DNA of 64,000 nucleotides, taken from an uncultured cyanobacterium. GTDB lineage: Bacteria > Cyanobacteriota > Cyanobacteriia > PCC-9006 > JAAUQQ01. Position numbers and translations under genes: made by a program. The notes beneath the pieces are model-generated. The model did not search any database. It was not told where the DNA came from and saw only the letters and a list, made by a program, of their open reading frames with translations. This document shows positions 61,425 through 64,000 of the stretch, piece by piece. The stretch is taken from NCBI GenBank assembly GCA_963718615.1, contig OY970368.1, positions 4,000,001 through 4,064,000 of the forward strand, written 5' to 3'. Every line of letters starts with the position of its first letter. The first letter of the stretch is position 1.

Positions 61425-63011
61425 TAGTTTAATCTTCAAAACCTGGCAGAGACGCTTACAATCCTGAGAACTAGGCATAAACCGACCTTTTTCTACATCT
61501 CGAATCCAGCTTTGGCTCTTATTAAGTTGTTCGGCTAGCGCGCGCTGGGAGAGAGATTGGCGTTGACGGGCTGCTTTGATTTCATGAGCCGAAAGCAGCG
61601 TTGAGAAAGAGGAGGCAGGGGTCGTACGGCGACGCTTGGGTGGACGACGAACCGCAGATTGCCAGTCATCACACAGATCAAAACCCTGTAAACGGGCATT
61701 GAGCAAACGTTGCCACTTGTTGCGCGGTGCATTTCCCGTCAGGCTTAGTAATTGATTGGCATCCTCTGTCCAAAAATCAAGGGCGGCCTCCGCATCCTCA
61801 GGGATATCTGCAACCCTTGCCCAAAGGGGCTGGATTTCAAGGGGATAGGTTTGCGGATCAAACAAAGGTTTAATGCCGTAATAATATAGCACTTCCAAAT
61901 CATTTTCAAAGGTCTTAAGGAGACGCTTACAAGAGCCTCGCACCGTTGTTGCTTCTTCCAGCTTGGCTTTGCCATAGGCAACAGATAACAGCGTCCGGAT
62001 CGTAACTCGTTGATCGCCGCCCAAACGCAGTTTAAACAAAAGCCACAGCAGCAGTCGAACCGAGCCTTCATGCTGTTGCCAATGACTAAAGATTTCCACC
62101 AGTAAAGATTGGGGAAGTGTGCTGTATTGATAAAAAGCATTTTGGTGATGGGCATCCTGCTGATTCAGAAACTTCTGCGCCCAGATCCCAGCCTGGATGA
62201 CAAAACTCAAACCAATCAAATGACGACAACCTTCAGCATCTTCCTCAAAGTAATACTGAGTATCGAATAGCTGCCAAATAGCATGTTCTGAGAAATGAAA
62301 GGGCTTCACTTTTCCTTGGCGTGGCCAGTCAACAGTCACTAAACAGCGACAGGTCTGATAAACCAAATCTTTAATTAAGGTTAGTTTATTCAATTTAGTT
62401 AAATCTTTGCGTTTATCCAGCCCTAAATATTGTTCGAAATGTTGGCTAGTTAACTGAAAAGGTTCTTCCCAGGGGCGATCGCGACCCACTGCATAGGCCG
62501 CAAAAATCAGATGTACACAGGCAGCACGCAATTCAAACTGGGCGATCGCGTCCCGTCCTGCCGCTGCCGTCATCGGCTCCGAGGTAAACGGATTCTCTGC
62601 TAAACGGAACTGCAATGACCCTCGCCCTCGATGGACTGAGCGATGGTAGCAAAAGCGCCCCTCAAGATCCGATTGCCAGGACAGCGTTTGGCGCTGTGCC
62701 AAAATATTACAGGTCTCCCAGATTACCAATGAAGAGGCAAAGGGGTTTGTTTTTCCATTTAGAAAGATATCGGGAATGGCAGCCGGAAGTAGGGTACTCT
62801 TACAGCGACCTTTTCTAGATGGCAGTGGAACCAGCTTCCCGACATCGCAAATAGTTGCACACAGAGGTTCTGTGAAGTCAGCACAATCATCACAGAGCGT
62901 TGGGTCAATCCAGTAACTTTTACCGTCATCGACTAGCTGAATTGCCTCCTTAGGACATGCCGGACGACAGCTATCACAAGCGATACAACCATCTTTAATC
63001 GTGAATGTCAT
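61413..63011 (-). CDS. cnfR: CnfR (PatB) nitrogen-fixation transcriptional activator
   Basis: N-terminal 2x[4Fe-4S] motifs (CIACDSCRPACP; CDDC..CATIC), conserved central domain, C-terminal XRE HTH (SQRALAEQLNKSQSWIRDVEKGR). Confidence 0.85.
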   Translation of the reverse strand: MTFTIKDGCIACDSCRPACPKEAIQLVDDGKSYWIDPTLCDDCADFTEPLCATICDVGKLVPLPSRKGRCKSTLLPAAIPDIFLNGKTNPFASSLVIWETCNILAQRQTLSWQSDLEGRFCYHRSVHRGRGSLQFRLAENPFTSEPMTAAAGRDAIAQFELRAACVHLIFAAYAVGRDRPWEEPFQLTSQHFEQYLGLDKRKDLTKLNKLTLIKDLVYQTCRCLVTVDWPRQGKVKPFHFSEHAIWQLFDTQYYFEEDAEGCRHLIGLSFVIQAGIWAQKFLNQQDAHHQNAFYQYSTLPQSLLVEIFSHWQQHEGSVRLLLWLLFKLRLGGDQRVTIRTLLSVAYGKAKLEEATTVRGSCKRLLKTFENDLEVLYYYGIKPLFDPQTYPLEIQPLWARVADIPEDAEAALDFWTEDANQLLSLTGNAPRNKWQRLLNARLQGFDLCDDWQSAVRRPPKRRRTTPASSFSTLLSAHEIKAARQRQSLSQRALAEQLNKSQSWIRDVEKGRFMPSSQDCKRLCQVLKIKLLES

Positions 63012-63123
63012 GACAAAAGGCGTTTCATCAAAAAATTAACAAGCCCTAGAGCATGTCATGGCATTCATTATTAATTTATTTCCAATTCAAGAGCGTTCAA
63101 GTTGGACTTTTTATCTTGCTTTT

Positions 63124-63139
63124 TGTCTTAATAGCTACA
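63124..63139 (-). promoter_or_regulatory. Possible NtcA-binding site upstream of cnfR
   Basis: TGTA-GCTATTAA-GACA on the minus strand (GTA-N8-GAC, one mismatch to GTA-N8-TAC), AT-rich flanks, ~113 bp before the ATG. Confidence 0.4.
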
Positions 63140-63514
63140 TTTTTATAAAAAAATAACAATATTTTTAAATTGTTTCAAAATTTATTTAAAAACAACGAAT
63201 TGTCACTTTTGTTGATCTTTTGCTATGATACGAACTCGGATCTATCCGCAGCCATCAGAGTTACTTCTTTGAAGTCCTACGCATTTAACTAGAACTCCCA
63301 GTCGTAAGCATAAACAATCCAGTTTTTGCCTTGATCCCTTAGGTATTCACTGTAGTCTGCAAGATGATCAAAGCCTACCCAACCAAGAAAAATCTCGGAG
63401 GCTAGCCAAAGAAATAGCTCAAAGGTAAACCGACGGAATCTGATTTTCATCACATATTAGCCTCACAATCAATTGATCGGAGATAGCTAGAGAGATTCGT
63501 TCTAAGAAACACGC

Positions 63515-63829
63515 TCAATCTAGTAGGTAAGCCCGATAGAGTGGCAGGGAAAAAAGCTGATAGGCACTGAGATGGACAACTCCAGCCTGTAAGTTGACTT
63601 GGCTCCGGCCAATACAATGGATGCGATCGCCCGGTTTCAACTGCTGCCGCAACGGTACCTGAAACAGTTGAGAGATACGCTTGGGCAGATCAATCGCAAT
63701 TTCTTCCTCTTCAATTTCTAAAACAATGGACTCAGGCTGGTCCAGATTTTGCCCTAAAAAACCTAGAAAGGTTCCTTCTAAATTAAACAGTCCAGCAGGG
63801 GGAGAAGCAAGGAGGAAAGAGGATATCAT
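63515..63829 (-). CDS. Hypothetical protein resembling the N-terminal domain of cyanobacterial (2Fe-2S) ferredoxin-domain proteins
   Basis: FNLEGTFLGF..I.LPK..LKPGDRIHCIG pattern; no Cys-cluster domain follows. Confidence 0.55.
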   Translation of the reverse strand: MISSFLLASPPAGLFNLEGTFLGFLGQNLDQPESIVLEIEEEEIAIDLPKRISQLFQVPLRQQLKPGDRIHCIGRSQVNLQAGVVHLSAYQLFSLPLYRAYLLD

Positions 63830-64000
63830 GGTTAGGAAATAAAGGTAAAAAGTGGAGAGTTGAGCTTAGTTAAGAGTCGAGCATCGCAAGCAGAACGTAG
63901 TAGTCAAATGGCAGTTAAACGCAGCAGTTAAATGCAGCATCTAAACATAGACTCTTGGGCTGAAAGCTGATGATTATAGGGCTGTTACAGTTTAGTTCAA

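Larger units (their letters stand above)
1..64000. repeat. HIP1 octamer GCGATCGC dispersed through the window
   Basis: Many copies (e.g. 3666, 40081, 42101); none seen in the IS element or at 8200-9170. Confidence 0.95.

Overview
Chromosomal window from a cyanobacterium (the HIP1 octamer GCGATCGC is abundant). Its genes suggest a filamentous, probably diazotrophic strain. Most of the window is core genes (obgE end, plsY, mlaE/mlaF, plmA, labA, trhO, RSH/relA, selO, mnmE, aspS, tsaE, pdhB, secD/secF, recJ), plus signalling genes (orphan kaiB with a PAS kinase; a hybrid kinase with a REC-PAS-GGDEF-EAL protein) and one intact IS200/IS605 element (tnpA+tnpB). The main observations are: (1) a small secreted PatX-like precursor with four RG(T/S)xR cores, each after a T-[LV]-A motif, in a region that also encodes PatD-, PatN- and CnfR/PatB-like proteins; (2) an unannotated ~114-nt four-way-junction RNA candidate behind a promoter-like sequence at 9064-9177; (3) an IS605-type element whose ends, CTAC target and matching AGTG guide can be read directly, inserted in a HIP1-bounded histidine-kinase relic; (4) a collapsed tRNA-Asp-like sequence next to aspS; (5) a 7-bp head-to-head overlap of the AI-2E transporter and recJ start codons. 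No CRISPR array, rRNA or intact tRNA was seen. All calls come from motif recognition by eye; no database searches were run.
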